The notes: generated by a model from the sequence alone, not told the origin. Counted from the whole stretch's first letter, positions 19,732 through 32,300 are shown. The stretch is DNA of 63,258 nucleotides, filler included, from Saprolegnia diclina VS20 (GCF_000281045.1; 3 parts of 2 records of this genome joined end to end with filler, not necessarily neighbours in it); one strand, 5' to 3'. Numbers and translations are program-made.

Positions 19732-22700
19732 CTACAAACTGGCCTCGCGCTTGTCCTTGATCGAGCTCTGGCGGCGGTGCACGTACGACTCGGGCGGCGT
19801 CTTGAGCTGCCGGAGCATCCTCGGCTGCGTCTGGGTGCGGGGCTTGTCGCGGAGGCCGTACTGCGCGCGCAAGAGGTGGTGGGCTTCTTCGAGGCGCAAC
19901 AAGAGCCCCGCGACGCCGTTGTGAAGCGCAGTTGCGTCGGCGTCGGCGGTCGTCACGAGGCGCCGGAGCTTTGCGAGGAGCGCGGGCGCCGTCGAGGGCT
20001 TGGCCGCGTCCACATGAATAGCGCGCTCGCTCCAGCTCGCGTCCGACTGCTCCCACGGCGCAAACGCGTGCTTTCGAATCGTGCGCTGGCGCTGCTCGAG
20101 CATGATCTTGAGATCGCGCGTGAAGGTGGTCATGGTGCGCTTGAAAGAAGGCTTGGACTTGGTCTCCGTGCGCTTGGGCGGCTCGATGGGTTTGTCCGGC
20201 TCGCGACTGGAGACGGCGTAGCCCGCCTGGAGATGCGGCGCGAGAACCATCTACGCACGGAAATGCTGTGGAGCTATAACAAGACAAATTGTCCACCGTC
20301 GCAAACGGAACGACGACGCTGTTGATACTGACGAGGTACAGGACACTGGGCCACTCGGCGCCAAGGCTCAGGATGGCGTGGGTCGCGTCCTGCGACACAA
20401 CATCGTGGAAGACGCCGACAACATTGGTCCAGAGCGACGCTGACGTCGTTGAGAGAAACCGAAACTGCGCCAAACCAACGACGACGACCGCCATGTACAG
20501 CGCGTAGCTCGCAATCATGGCCAGCGACGCCTACGCCACAATAGTGTCGATAAACAAAAAAGGAATTGCGTACGTCGAGGACACAGAGGAGGTAGCGCAG
20601 CTTCTTGAAGGCCAGGTACCGGGGGTAGTTGAGCCACATGAGCAGCGAGATGCAGCCAAAGAGCACGCGCTCCAGCTTGGCGACCGCGATGACATCTACG
20701 CCACAACTGCAATACCCATTGAAATAGAGAGCGTACTCTGCAGCGACACAAAGCTCGGCCCCGCGAGCTGCACCGAGAGGCTGTACGTGGTCATGGCCAA
20801 AAACTGAATGCGAGACGCCCACATGGCCAGCCAGAGCACGACGAGCACCGCGTCGAGGACGTGGCTCGGGATGTAAAAGTAGTACTGGCGGTACCGACGC
20901 ACCTTGGCAATCAGATCGTAGAGGATGCTGAGCGTGCATAGAATGAGCGCAACTTCGAGGTAGAAGAGTCCGGCGAAGAGAAAGACGCCGTGATAGGGGC
21001 TGAAGAGCACCGACTGCGCCGAGATCTCCGAGTAAATGCCACCGCTCGCGACATCAACGACAAACGAGAGCGAGAAGGCGACGCACGCGTCGTCGGCTGT
21101 GTTGTAGAGGTTCCACTCGAGCACGAGCGCGCGGGTGTCGGCGTCGAGCCACTGCGTTAGCTGCCACTGCGAGAGCACGCACTTTGCAGATGAGCACTGC
21201 GGCGCCAATGCCGCATCTGTCGGCAGCGTCGAGAGAAAGCCGCCGGCAGGGATCGCATACCCATGCAAGGTCATGTCAACCGACTGCGACGCCGCGCCGT
21301 CCGACCAGGCGCCAAACTTTGGCGCGCTGGTTACCGTCGCAAGCGAGTCTAGACAGTGTGCTCTATAAGAAGTCAACAGGTGCTAACCGTACGGTTAGAG
21401 GTCGCGCGCACTTGACGGGCTTGGACATCGCCGATGAGGAGTTGGCTGCCAAAGACGATGCGAGGATTGTCAAGCGGATCGCCGTTGTACCACGTCGTCG
21501 GGAAGAGCGACGACGTGAACGGCGCGCTGTTGAGGTACCCGTAAAGTTCGGGAATTGAACTGAGCAACGGGGGGACGCGGAGCCGGTTGACGAGCGGCGC
21601 CGTGTTGGTCGCGAGGCTGTACGGCGACACGGCGGCGTAAATGGCAATGAGCAGCAAAAACACCGAGTAAAAGACGGCGTCGCCGTGCGTCACGCCTTCG
21701 TGCAAAGCGTAGATGTGACCGTCTTGGATCGCGCATTTCTGGAACGTCGTGATGCGGCCCGTGAGCTCGAGCCGCGTGTGCGCGTACGCCGGGCCTGCGC
21801 ACATCGTTAGAATGAAAAATAGAAATGCTTCAAAGACCCTTGTACAAGGCAACTGCGCGGTACGCAAGGTCCAAGACATGGTTCTCGTTGATGACACGGT
21901 AGCAGTCGGGAACGTTGGCGATGCATTCGAGCAGCTGGAGACCTTCGAGCACGATCTCTTCGACGTCAATGTGCTTGGCAATCGCGCGCGCAATCAGACG
22001 CACGCCGCGGCGGTCGTGCACGGAGGCCATGATCGTCGTGTGGTGGCCTACGCCGCCTCAGAATCCAAGATAGGATAGTGCAGTGTACTGTCGGTGGCGA
22101 GGGCGTTGAGGAGTGCCAACGCATACCACGCCGTCTGCGCGTCGTCCTTGTGAATTTGCAAAGCGTGGAGCACGGTTGGGATCCCGTTCCGGCTCACAAA
22201 GTCCTGGCCGAGCTCCCCTGCATAAGATCTTATCCACCGAACTAAGATCGTAGCGCTCGGAGCAAGAACGTACGCAGCACGACGAGGTTGCTCAGTGGAT
22301 ACAGAAACGCGCGCGCAAGACTCAGCGACGCTTTGTAGCGGCTCAGGAGATCGAGCAGCTCTTCGACTAGAACCGTGGTGGCAATCGCGATTCGAATGTC
22401 ATCTATCCGGATTGTGCATCGTCAGCATGCCCTGTCTCCACCGTGTCTGCACCGTTGAGCATCAGGCTGCCAAGGGCGTTGAGCGCATGGGCAATGACGT
22501 CGGGCTTGTCACCGTGGTTGCGAATGCAGTCGAGGAGCAACTGCGTGCCGTCGTCGACGGCGCAAAATGTCAGCGCCCGCTCGACTACAAAAACACTTTG
22601 CTCCTTTCAAATCAACGGTTAATACCATCGAGCTTGGCGTAAATGTTGATCGCGTCGAGGACCGGGCAGAGCAATTCTGGTTGGTGCGGGAACTTGCGCA

Positions 22701-23115
22701 GTGCAAAGAGCGCGAGCACGAGCCCGTCGGCATCGTAAAAGCCGTCGGACGGAGTCACCTATCGGTTCAATGCAGCGAGAATTACGGTGTTTTGGAATCT
22801 GTACCGTGAATATCTGCTCGCCACACGAAAAGTAAAAGTGCCCGGCGCTCGCCAGCGTCTTGAAGCCAGTTTGGACGGCCCAGATAGTGTCCATCTCGCG
22901 CTTGATCGTGCGGCAGATCTCGCCGACACCGTTTTCCTGAAGGACTTGGACGAGTTGCAGCTCGACTAGTCGTATTTTCGAAAGAGGAACCATTTGTACA
23001 GCGGACTACCTTGGTCGAGTTCCGCAATGACGTCGTCAGGCGTTGGCGCATCGCTCTTCTTGGGGTCTGGCAGCAGCTGCGCTCTCTCAGGCGGTGGTCG
23101 TGCCCAGCGAGGCAT
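19732..23115 (-). CDS. Spliced gene: ARM-like repeat N-terminus fused to a polycystin-2/TRPP-like cation-channel domain with a cytoplasmic tail
   Basis: About 12 exons joined by short GT-AG introns. TOP-domain motifs LLIGDVQARQVR and WLDADTRALVLEWNLYN...SGGI. S2-S6-like helices (LEVALIL.., HVLDAVLVVLW, LMWLNYPRYLAF, GLAQF). Upstream helical repeats (GTQLLLDCIRNH..ALNALGSL; GIPTVLHALQIH..ALALLNAL; GVRLIARAIAKH..GLQLLECI). Confidence 0.75.
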
Positions 23116-23391
23116 CGTACGTACTAAACGGTTGTCCTGTCTCGCCCAAGAGCCGCGACGGTTTTGGTCCCAACCGTCGCCCTTGACGCCGCCTGCCGCC
23201 TTCCTACTTCAATTTCCCGCCAGCCTCTGTACCCTCTTGTGCCACTGTTTTAGTCGTCAACGCAACACAACTAACATGAGCCACCAATCATTCACAGTCG
23301 ACTAGTACGTATCGCATGCCATCGCAAGGGCAAAAAGGAAGCCACACAGTACGTTGGCCACTGTTGGTTTTGTCTGAAACGGTAAGGCGCA

Positions 23392-26300
23392 ATGATCGTA
23401 CCGGAGGCGCCACGGGCCACGATCATATCCGTCGCCGTCCAACGCGCGGGTCGGTGGCAGCAGTACCTAGCCGCGCTGAGTGCCGTGTACCTCGTTGCTT
23501 CGATGGGCATCGGGTACTACTACTTGCATCTCGTCCGGCCGAGCCTGGCGAGCGATCTGTGGTGGCGCGGCTTCACGACGGCGGGGGCGCAAACGTTCCT
23601 TGGCGACTTGTACCACCGGCGCCTGCAGCTCAGCACATCGGCGCCGCTGTCGCTGGCCTCTCCTGAGCTCGTCTTGGAGAAGGCGTACTCGGGCGCGACC
23701 TTTATGGACATGAGTCTCTCGCTCTCGCGCCACGTGCTCTTGCGCAATCTCTCGCTCGAGAGCATTTTGCCACCGATGCGCCGATCGTCGTTTGACTGGA
23801 ACATTCGCATGTTCACGCAGTACTGCTGGGTCGACTGGAACCAATCGTACGAGCTCTCGGTGACAGCGGCGCGTCAGCGTCGGTGCTATCTGAAACAAGC
23901 TGCGAATGCCGCCGTCTACTGGGAACCGCTTCTACGTAACTCGGTCACCCAAGATATTGTCCTCAGCCCCTACTCGCTCGCGATGAATATCTCCCTCTTT
24001 GAGCACATTGACGCGACGTCGCTTGGCCACGACTGGCTCATGTCTCTCATGTTCCACGAGTGGCTGCCGGAAGCAGACGAAGTGGAGCTTTGGAGGCGCC
24101 GCGGCATGAGCTACTGGCAGACGCAGCTGACCAACTACTACGAGCAAGGCCTGCAACAGACAATTGTTGTCGAGAATGCGCTCGGTATTCACCAAAATGT
24201 GACGGTTCATCTCATGGCGCAGAGCTATCGCGGCCTCGCGCTTTGGACGCTCGCGAACGCGTACCCTGGTGTATGGAACGACCTTTTCGAGTGCCAAGCT
24301 CTGCGCTGCAGTCTCATTCGCGGCGCCAACAGCTACTCGGACAAAATCAAGCAGAATTGGGAGGTAATGCTGCTCGCGATCCCTGTCAACGACACACTGC
24401 CAAGACTCATCGATGCCAACATCGGTCCCATGGCCAGCATTGACGTGCGCATCGTGCTCTTACCCCCGGCGCTGCAAGCTTACTATATTCAATACCAGCG
24501 CTCGGTCGTCGCGCAGCTTTTGCTGTCGCCTGCCATTGCAGCCCGCTACATGCAAGTGCCGTCGTTGGTGGCAGCGATATCCCCTCCGGCGTGGCGTGGA
24601 GCCAACATGAGTTACTTTGGGGGCAACCCCATGTGCCTCAACGCCAAGCCCCAGCCGTTCGTCCAAGATCAGTTTGGTTTCTACGATGCGTGCGACGCCC
24701 AAGCGCCGGCGACTCTGATGGGCACGCGTCCCAGCCTCTTTTTTTCGCTCGTGACGCTCGCCGTCACTGACGAAAGTGCTATCGTACGTCGCCTCGACGC
24801 CATCTGCAACTGTTGTGCTCAAGTCGGCGGATATCACACATGTCTGGCGACGCTCAAGCCACTTGCTGCGGTGGTTGCCGCCTTGGATCTCTCATCCCTC
24901 GCGACCTTCGCTGGGAATCTGGCTCTGGCAATGACGCAGCTGAATCTTAGCATGATTCAGCTAGGGATGAATGGAACGTCGCCCGTCTTCTTGACGCAGC
25001 CCGCGATCGCGCAGGAAGACCCGTGGTCCTTCTGTGGCTGGGCAATGGTTTACGACTGGCTGCAAGGTACGCGGGAGGCCGTCGAGTTTGATACCGACGC
25101 GGGTGTGTACCGCATCTTGACAGCATATACAGCGCCGAGCCAACTGCCCGCAAGCCCCCTCGAGCTCCCAAATCAAGTGTGCGCGTATGTCTGGCTCATC
25201 CTTCTCTACTCGAGTTTGCTCACGGGTGCTGTCGCCACCCTTGTCTTGCTCGCGTCATTGCGGTCCCCCGGTTGCCAAGTGTTTGCTTTTCATCGCGTCG
25301 CAAGTCTCGTGTGGGTCGGGCGACCCTTTCTTATGCTCCGGGGCACGACGGCTCTCGTGATTCTCAGCACTTCGCCGATGCAGTTTGCATCGACTGACAG
25401 CTTTACGCGCTTCACCTTTGTGCCCCGCACCCCATGGGACGTCATGGTGCTCTCGGGCGAGGCGACGTGGATAACGTACGTGCTCGTGGACCTCGCCTTG
25501 CCTGGCGCCGAGTCGCACGCCAAGCTGGCTGCGCCACTGAGCGCGCTCATCGCGTGGCTCACGACGCTGCTCATCGAGGTAGCCGCACCGTACGAAGCGA
25601 CGGCAACCTTTGAGCAATCGTGTGAGATCGTCCAACTGGGCCTCGCAGCGTCGTGCACGGGGGGCGTCGTGCGCATCGGCAGTCGGGAGCGCCTCGGCGT
25701 GTTGCTCCTCGTGCACGTTAGCAGCGTCGTCGTTTCGTTTCTGGTAGTGATGGCACGGCAGAGACGAGGTTCAATCACCGACGTGCGGGGCAGCGACCTC
25801 TTGCCGGCGTCGGCGCAAGTTTTCTTGGCGCGCCATGCGACGTGGCACACGCGGCCAACGACCGTGATCATGGCCGGAATGTTTCCCCTTGGCGGTCGCA
25901 TGTTTGTCGTCAACCTCTGGCAAGTGCTCGCGGTCAACAACGCACTCCAACTGCCGTCGCAAAGCAGCTACTCGTGCATCCGAAACTTTACTCTCTGGAA
26001 GTTTGGGCTCGTCGAGGTCGGGGGCATTGTATACGTCATCACGTCGGTAGTTGCTAGCTACACGTACATTTATGTCTCGTCGACGGCGATGGCCAACGAC
26101 TTTTGGTGGGCGACCTTCAACGCGACCGGTCACCAGACGTTTGTGACCAACTGGTTTACGCAGCAGCTCCAGGTCCACCGGAACGGCTCGCACCTCGATC
26201 TCACGCAGCTGATCTACAGCGACAACTCAAATTTATACAACACCACAGCCACTGCGATCTCAGTCCCGATGCTCTACGCAAGCATGATTCAAGACGAAGC

Positions 26301-28342
26301 CAACNNNNNNNNNNNNNNNNNNNNNNNNNNNNNNNNNNNNNNNNNNNNNNNNNNNNNNNNNNNNNNNNNNNNNNNNNNNNNNNNNNNNNNNNNNNNNNNN
26401 NNNNNNNNNNNNNNNNNNNNNNNNNNNNNNNNNNNNNNNNNNNNNNNNNNNNNNNNNNNNNNNNNNNNNNNNNNNNNNNNNNNNNNNNNNNNNNNNNNNN
26501 NNNNNNNNNNNNNNNNNNNNNNNNNNNNNNNNNNNNNNNNNNNNNNNNNNNNNNNNNNNNNNNNNNNNNNNNNNNNNNNNNNNNNNNNNNNNNNNNNNNN
26601 NNNNNNNNNNNNNNNNNNNNNNNNNNNNNNNNNNNNNNNNNNNNNNNNNNNNNNNNNNNNNNNNNNNNNNNNNNNNNNNNNNNNNNNNNNNNNNNNNNNN
26701 NNNNNNNNNNNNNNNNNNNNNNNNNNNNNNNNNNNNNNNNNNNNNNNNNNNNNNNNNNNNNNNNNNNNNNNNNNNNNNNNNNNNNNNNNNNNNNNNNNNN
26801 NNNNNNNNNNNNNNNNNNNNNNNNNNNNNNNNNNNNNNNNNNNNNNNNNNNNNNNNNNNNNNNNNNNNNNNNNNNNNNNNNNNNNNNNNNNNNNNNNNNN
26901 NNNNNNNNNNNNNNNNNNNNNNNNNNNNNNNNNNNNNNNNNNNNNNNNNNNNNNNNNNNNNNNNNNNNNNNNNNNNNNNNNNNNNNNNNATCGAGCCCCC
27001 TGGATATAGGCTCTGAGCTCTTTGTCCACGCGATTGGCCCTTTCGGGTCGGTCGCCCTGCGGCGCGTGGCCTACCCGGCTTCGCTCGTGTATTGGTACAC
27101 GCACACGAAAGCATTTTTGAGCCAGCGGCTCGCGTCGGCCAATAGCACTGCTGCTTCCCCGTTTCGAGGCATAGGGTCGGCCGTGTCGATCAGCGCTGCG
27201 CCGACATTGTGGCAGGAGGGTGTTGCTGCCCGTCCGTTCCTCGGTGGCGACATCACATGTCCGGTGCAAGGGTCGGGCGAGACCGTCCAAGTGTTTTACT
27301 CCAACGTTGGCGTCTGCGCCGGCCACAAAGAAGATGTGCTGGTCGTCGATGGGCTCATGACGACGCAAGCGCTGCTCGCGCTCGGGCCCGGCGTTGATAT
27401 TAACGCAACGTGCGCGCACGCAACAATGCAGAGTAGCGGTACCTGCAACGCTGTCTTCCGCGCTTCCCTGCTCTTCCTCTTGACGCTCTTTTCGGCAGAC
27501 GAGTGGACATCAGTCTCGAACGCGGCCCCCACGGCGTATCTGCAGAGCGAGCTGCCCGTAGCGATCGCGCACTACATCAATGCGTCGACTAGCGACGGCG
27601 CCGGGCATATTGAGCTGCGCAACGAGACCGTCCTCGACCCAAGAGACCCGGGGTTCCACGCGTTTGGTTGGCTCTACCTCTTCGAATGGCTCAGCGGGAT
27701 CCGCGAAGTCGTGGAATTCCACAGCATCCGTGGGTCCCTAGCCCTTCTCTCGACGCGCAACCCCGTGCACATTGGGCCCGTCAACGCGCTCGAGATCCCC
27801 GTCAACGTCGCCTTCTTCTTTCGCTGCGAGCTGCTCTACGTGAGCAGTGTCCTCTTGTTCGTGGCGTGTCTCGCGATCGCGTACATTGCAGCGACGCGCG
27901 GCTGCATCGAGGGCTTCAACATGTTCTCGCTGAACCGCGTCACGGGACTCGTCTGGCTCGGGCGGCCGCTTCTCATGCTCCGCGGCGTCACGGCGCTCTG
28001 CCTACTCTCGACGGCCAAGCTCGACCTCGGCGAGTCCCACGGATTCTTCTACCTTGTGTCGCTGCCACAGTCGTGGTTTACGACCATCATGGCGGCGGGC
28101 GAGGCCACATGGGTTGTGTACCTCCTCAACGACGCCTTCTCGATCGTGACGCAGCAGTACACGGCCATTTATGCTGATGCGAGCAGCATCGCAGTCTGGA
28201 TCGCAGCCGCCATCTGGAGCCTCGTGTCGCCCGTCCAGCATCGAGCGACGTTGGCGCGCACCTGCGACGTAGTTGCTGTCGACAGCGAGCTTGTGTGCCA
28301 CGCTGGTGTCGTCGCCATCGGGGACGTCACGCGATTCGGCGG
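23392..28342 (+). CDS. Large two-module multipass membrane protein (paralog 3); internal gap 26305-26989; 3' end lost at the spacer
   Basis: ASDLWW, QYCWVDW, NAAVYWEPLLRN, DWLQGTREAVEF, ANDFWW; after the gap EWLSGIREVVEF, NRVTGLVWLGRP, AGEATW. Confidence 0.88.
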
Positions 28343-28442
28343 NNNNNNNNNNNNNNNNNNNNNNNNNNNNNNNNNNNNNNNNNNNNTTAATTAATTAANN
28401 NNNNNNNNNNNNNNNNNNNNNNNNNNNNNNNNNNNNNNNNNN
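28343..28442. other. Artificial assembly spacer N44-TTAATTAATTAA-N44
   Basis: Exactly 100 nt with a six-frame-stop linker at 28387-28398. Confidence 0.95.
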
Positions 28443-29211
28443 CTGCCAAAACGACGACTACACGTCCGACCAGTCGCTCCGCAGCCTCTACGACTCGGTG
28501 CACTACGTCGAGAAGGTCACCACGTCGCTTCGCCGCCCGCTCACGATTGCCGAGATCGCGGTCCGCAGCGCCGGTGTCCACGAGCAGCCGATCCTTGAAG
28601 GCTTTGGCATCATGTACTACTGCGGCTTCTACGCGTGCGTGGCCAACCACGACGGCGACGCCAGCAAGTGCTACCCGTCGTTCCAGGGAGACGAGGAGTG
28701 GAACCAGGATCATGTGACGCCTTTGCTCAAGGCCAAGTCGGACGAAATCAACGACTGCATCGACGACGGGTACCTCTCGCCCGACGACATTGCGCAGTGC
28801 GGAGCGGTGACGGACTACGTGGACGCGCTCGCCCGCCGCAACTACATTTGCCTCGCCGAAGCCGAGATCGTCAGCTTCCTCGGGAAGATCTACCCCACGT
28901 GGAACACAGACACAGACGTCGAGGACGACGCCCTCACGCTCGTCTACGCTCGCCACTTGGCCGACGAACGCTCCTACGCTGCCCAAGCCTTCGAGGACGA
29001 CACTGTGCTTGATGCCAGCAAGCTGCCGGTGCCGTGCACGACGAACGATGACATCTACCTGAAGCTCAACACGGCGCTTGCCTCGTTGTCGGGGATCTGC
29101 CTTTCCAACAAGCTCGCGACGCCCGAACCGTGGAGCGAGCCCGAGCCGCAGTACAACGGCCACTACAAGAAGGGTCCGGTCTACACGGCGCCCGTCTACA
29201 AGGCGACGTAG
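28443..29211 (+). CDS. 5'-truncated acidic, Cys-containing hypothetical protein (possibly secreted)
   Basis: Open frame from the gap edge to TAG at 29211, with strong GC3 bias and about 8 Cys. No recognised domain. Confidence 0.7.
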
Positions 29212-29375
29212 GCGCGCCGTGTCGTCTCTGGCAGCGCTGACAGGGCCAAGACGTCTGTGCTTGGCTGCTGTTCCTTCGGTCTTTCCGAGTGACAGGGCTG
29301 CCTCGAATCCACCCATGTAGCCGACCCTAAATACTAGCTTCGTTGTTTGTGTACGTAATATACAGCAAATTTCTT

Positions 29376-32300
29376 CTATCTTGGATTCTCGACCAACGCG
29401 GGGTACGCGCTGCACTTTTCATACAGGGTCACAGCGCGCAGCCATACACTCCACACATCGCAGTCGTCATTATGACATACCATCCGAGTGCGGTCATGCC
29501 ACGTTGCCCCAAACGTCGTGCCCCCCAGACACTGGAGGCACACGCGGCGCACGGCACTCAGCTGTCGCTCGAGACTGCTCGTTTCGCTCTCAAGCAAAAA
29601 GTAGCTCGCGCCTGCCGACGCCTTGCAGTCGCGGCAGAGCCAGGCGCCCGAATTGAGGCCGCGCGGATGGAGGTTCAGTACGCCGCAGAGCACGCAGTGC
29701 TGGCTCGTATAGTACGCATCGATGCGCATGACCGAGGACGCGCCGCGGTGGGTCGTCGCCTTCTCAACGGCCCGGGGAAGCTCCATGTACCACTGACGGA
29801 CGTTGACGCCCATAAGCAGCGCGAGGCGCTCAAAGCTCGGCAAGATCTATCAATTCTCATGCTACTTTGTCCTCCTTGAACAAAGTGAGTCTACCTGCTT
29901 GGTGATGTAGTACTCAATGTTGAGCGTGTACTTTTGGTGCTGCACGAGCGACTCGGGCGGCACAACGAGGTCCATGAGCCGTGCGCCCGGTGGCCCACGC
30001 ACGACAACGTACGCGACACGCTCGGCATACCGCGGTTCGGCGCGCGGGTCCTTGGCCATCGCTTTTGTCGCGACCAGCACCGCTGGCGGTCCTTGCCTAC
30101 TTGTGCGTCAGGAGCTATCGCGCCATAGGAAGCTATCGAGCGTACCCTGCGTAGGTGCCGAGGCGGACTTCTTTTGCGAAAATGAAATCCCGGAGCGGAA
30201 TGCGCTGGCTGTGCATGTGGCGCCAGTACGTTTGGAGGTACTTTTTCCCAGCGGAAACATCCCGCGTTTGGAAGAGGAGCTCGAGCCAGCGACGCATGGG
30301 CTTCTGCACCACGCCGCACGAATCACGCCGGATGGTCTCAATGCCTTTGGCGTCGAGGACGCCTTTGGCCTGAGTCGGACCCTCAAACTTGTAGCCGACG
30401 TAGCGCTTCTTGGAGACAAGGAACGAGCCCATATACACTTTTTCGAGCTTGAGGCACACAGGTTTCGGGTTGATCGCTGTCACGTCGTTGGCGATTTCTT
30501 GGCCGATTGCCCAGGCGTCTGCGAGCGACCGGCCGCGCAGCTGCACAAAGAGACTGTCCGTGTCGCCATAAACGACCTTGGCGTGCCACGTCGGGTGTGC
30601 CTCGACCAGGCGCACGGCGGCTTCCAGCGTCACGCGGCCCGACTACCAGCACATCGGGTCGAGTCAAACGCAAACTGTACGTACGTGCACGATGGCGTCG
30701 GCGATCTGAGCACACGGCATGCGCCCCGAGAAGCTCGCGGCCGTGTAGCCGTACGTGACGTTGGCAATCATCTTGAGCGCGAGTTGGCGCGCGTCGAGCA
30801 CCTTGAGCAGTCGCTTGTCGCTTGTCTAATGGAATGTGACAAACTCGACTCGCTCGGCGTCTACCTGTTTCATGGCTTGCTTGATCATGATGCGCGTCGA
30901 GAGAATCTCGCTGAGCACGAGCGGCAGCACCCCGGAGCGCATCGACTTGGGACAAAAGAGCGCGCCGTTGGGCGTAATGATCGTGCCGTTGCCCGCGGCC
31001 CGGAGCGCGTCGACGTCGACGTGATGGTCGGCGACAACGCCAAGGACACTCTCGAGCGACGGGTCGAGGCCGTTGCCGAGGCGCCCAAAGCACGTCGAGT
31101 AGCAAATGTTGTACGCAATCACCATCGACGGATAGAGCGACTAGCCATGGCGCGTATAGACCACCACCTATAATTCCATGTTGTACCTGAAAGTCTAGCA
31201 CGACAATGGGCTCGGCGTAAAACGACGAAAGCGGCTCCATGACGAGCGGAATCACTTCCATCGGGGGCTGCGCCGCGACTAGGATACGATGAGAATCCCA
31301 GTGCGAACGACGCTTGGACCTTGGGCGCGGTTGGCCGACACCATGATGTACTTGAGTCGCTTCGTGACGCGAATGTTGACGGCCTCGACGCGGTACTGCG
31401 AGCCTCGGGAGAGCACCGAGAAGAAATCAATGCCAAAGAGCCGCGCCATCTCACTACGCCAGCATAGACCGTGCTGGACGATGTGTCGCCAGACGACGAG
31501 AAGATACCTCGTGCGCGTGATGAGCTGGAGACGATCCATGAGCTTGAGCGTCACTTCTGTATGGGCAGCAAGCGCCTCAAGCGCGCGGAGGCGGAGCGAC
31601 CCGCCCGCCGTAAACCATTGCGTCAGCGTCGCGTGCGAGTGTTTTGGAAAAGGCCGTTTGAGCACGCTCGCGACCACGGCTTCGAACGTGTAGCGCGCGA
31701 GCTTGAGCTAGTACGACGCATCAGTGCAGGTATACGTATACGCAAGCTCCACCTCGGACCGGGCGCAGCGCCAGAGATTGAGAATGTGCCGGCCGTACAT
31801 CCAAATGCCCGACGCTTTTTTCATTCCGTACATGACGCCAATGTTGCCATCTGCGCTCCCAAATAAGCCAAGACTAAGATGAGCGCATGGCACCTGCAGC
31901 TGCTTGGTTGCGCGCGTCCATTCGCGTCCGCGGGAGCCGCGAGAGCACTTGAATCAAGTTGATCTAACGTAAAGGCTGGAAGAGAGAGCGGGAGCGGGTC
32001 GTACCGGCGGATCGAGAGCGGCCGCGCGGTCAATGAGGTACCCGTACGAAGCCTGCTGGATCTCAAACCCCACGAGAAAGTCGGGGTCCCACTGCTGGAC
32101 GCACGCCACGAGTCGTTCGATGAGCGCGGCTTCGGACGCAACGTACTCGACCTCGTATACGTGTCCGTGCAGCGACAGGTGCATCGTCGTCGACGCCGCC
32201 GCGTCGACGACCAAGAGGTGGTAGCGCCGCGTTTGCACCTCCTGGAACGTCACATCGACGACAGCCGCCACCGCTTCGACCGCATCAAAGGCTGGGTCCG

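Noticed and set aside
26103..27419. ORFs of several hundred aa spanning X runs (also 58938-59954)
   Set aside because: They are open only because N gaps contain no stop codons.
28387..28398. TTAATTAATTAA palindrome inside N runs (also 60412-60423)
   Set aside because: Synthetic six-frame-stop gap linker in an exact 100-nt spacer. It is not biological, and distances across it are unreliable.
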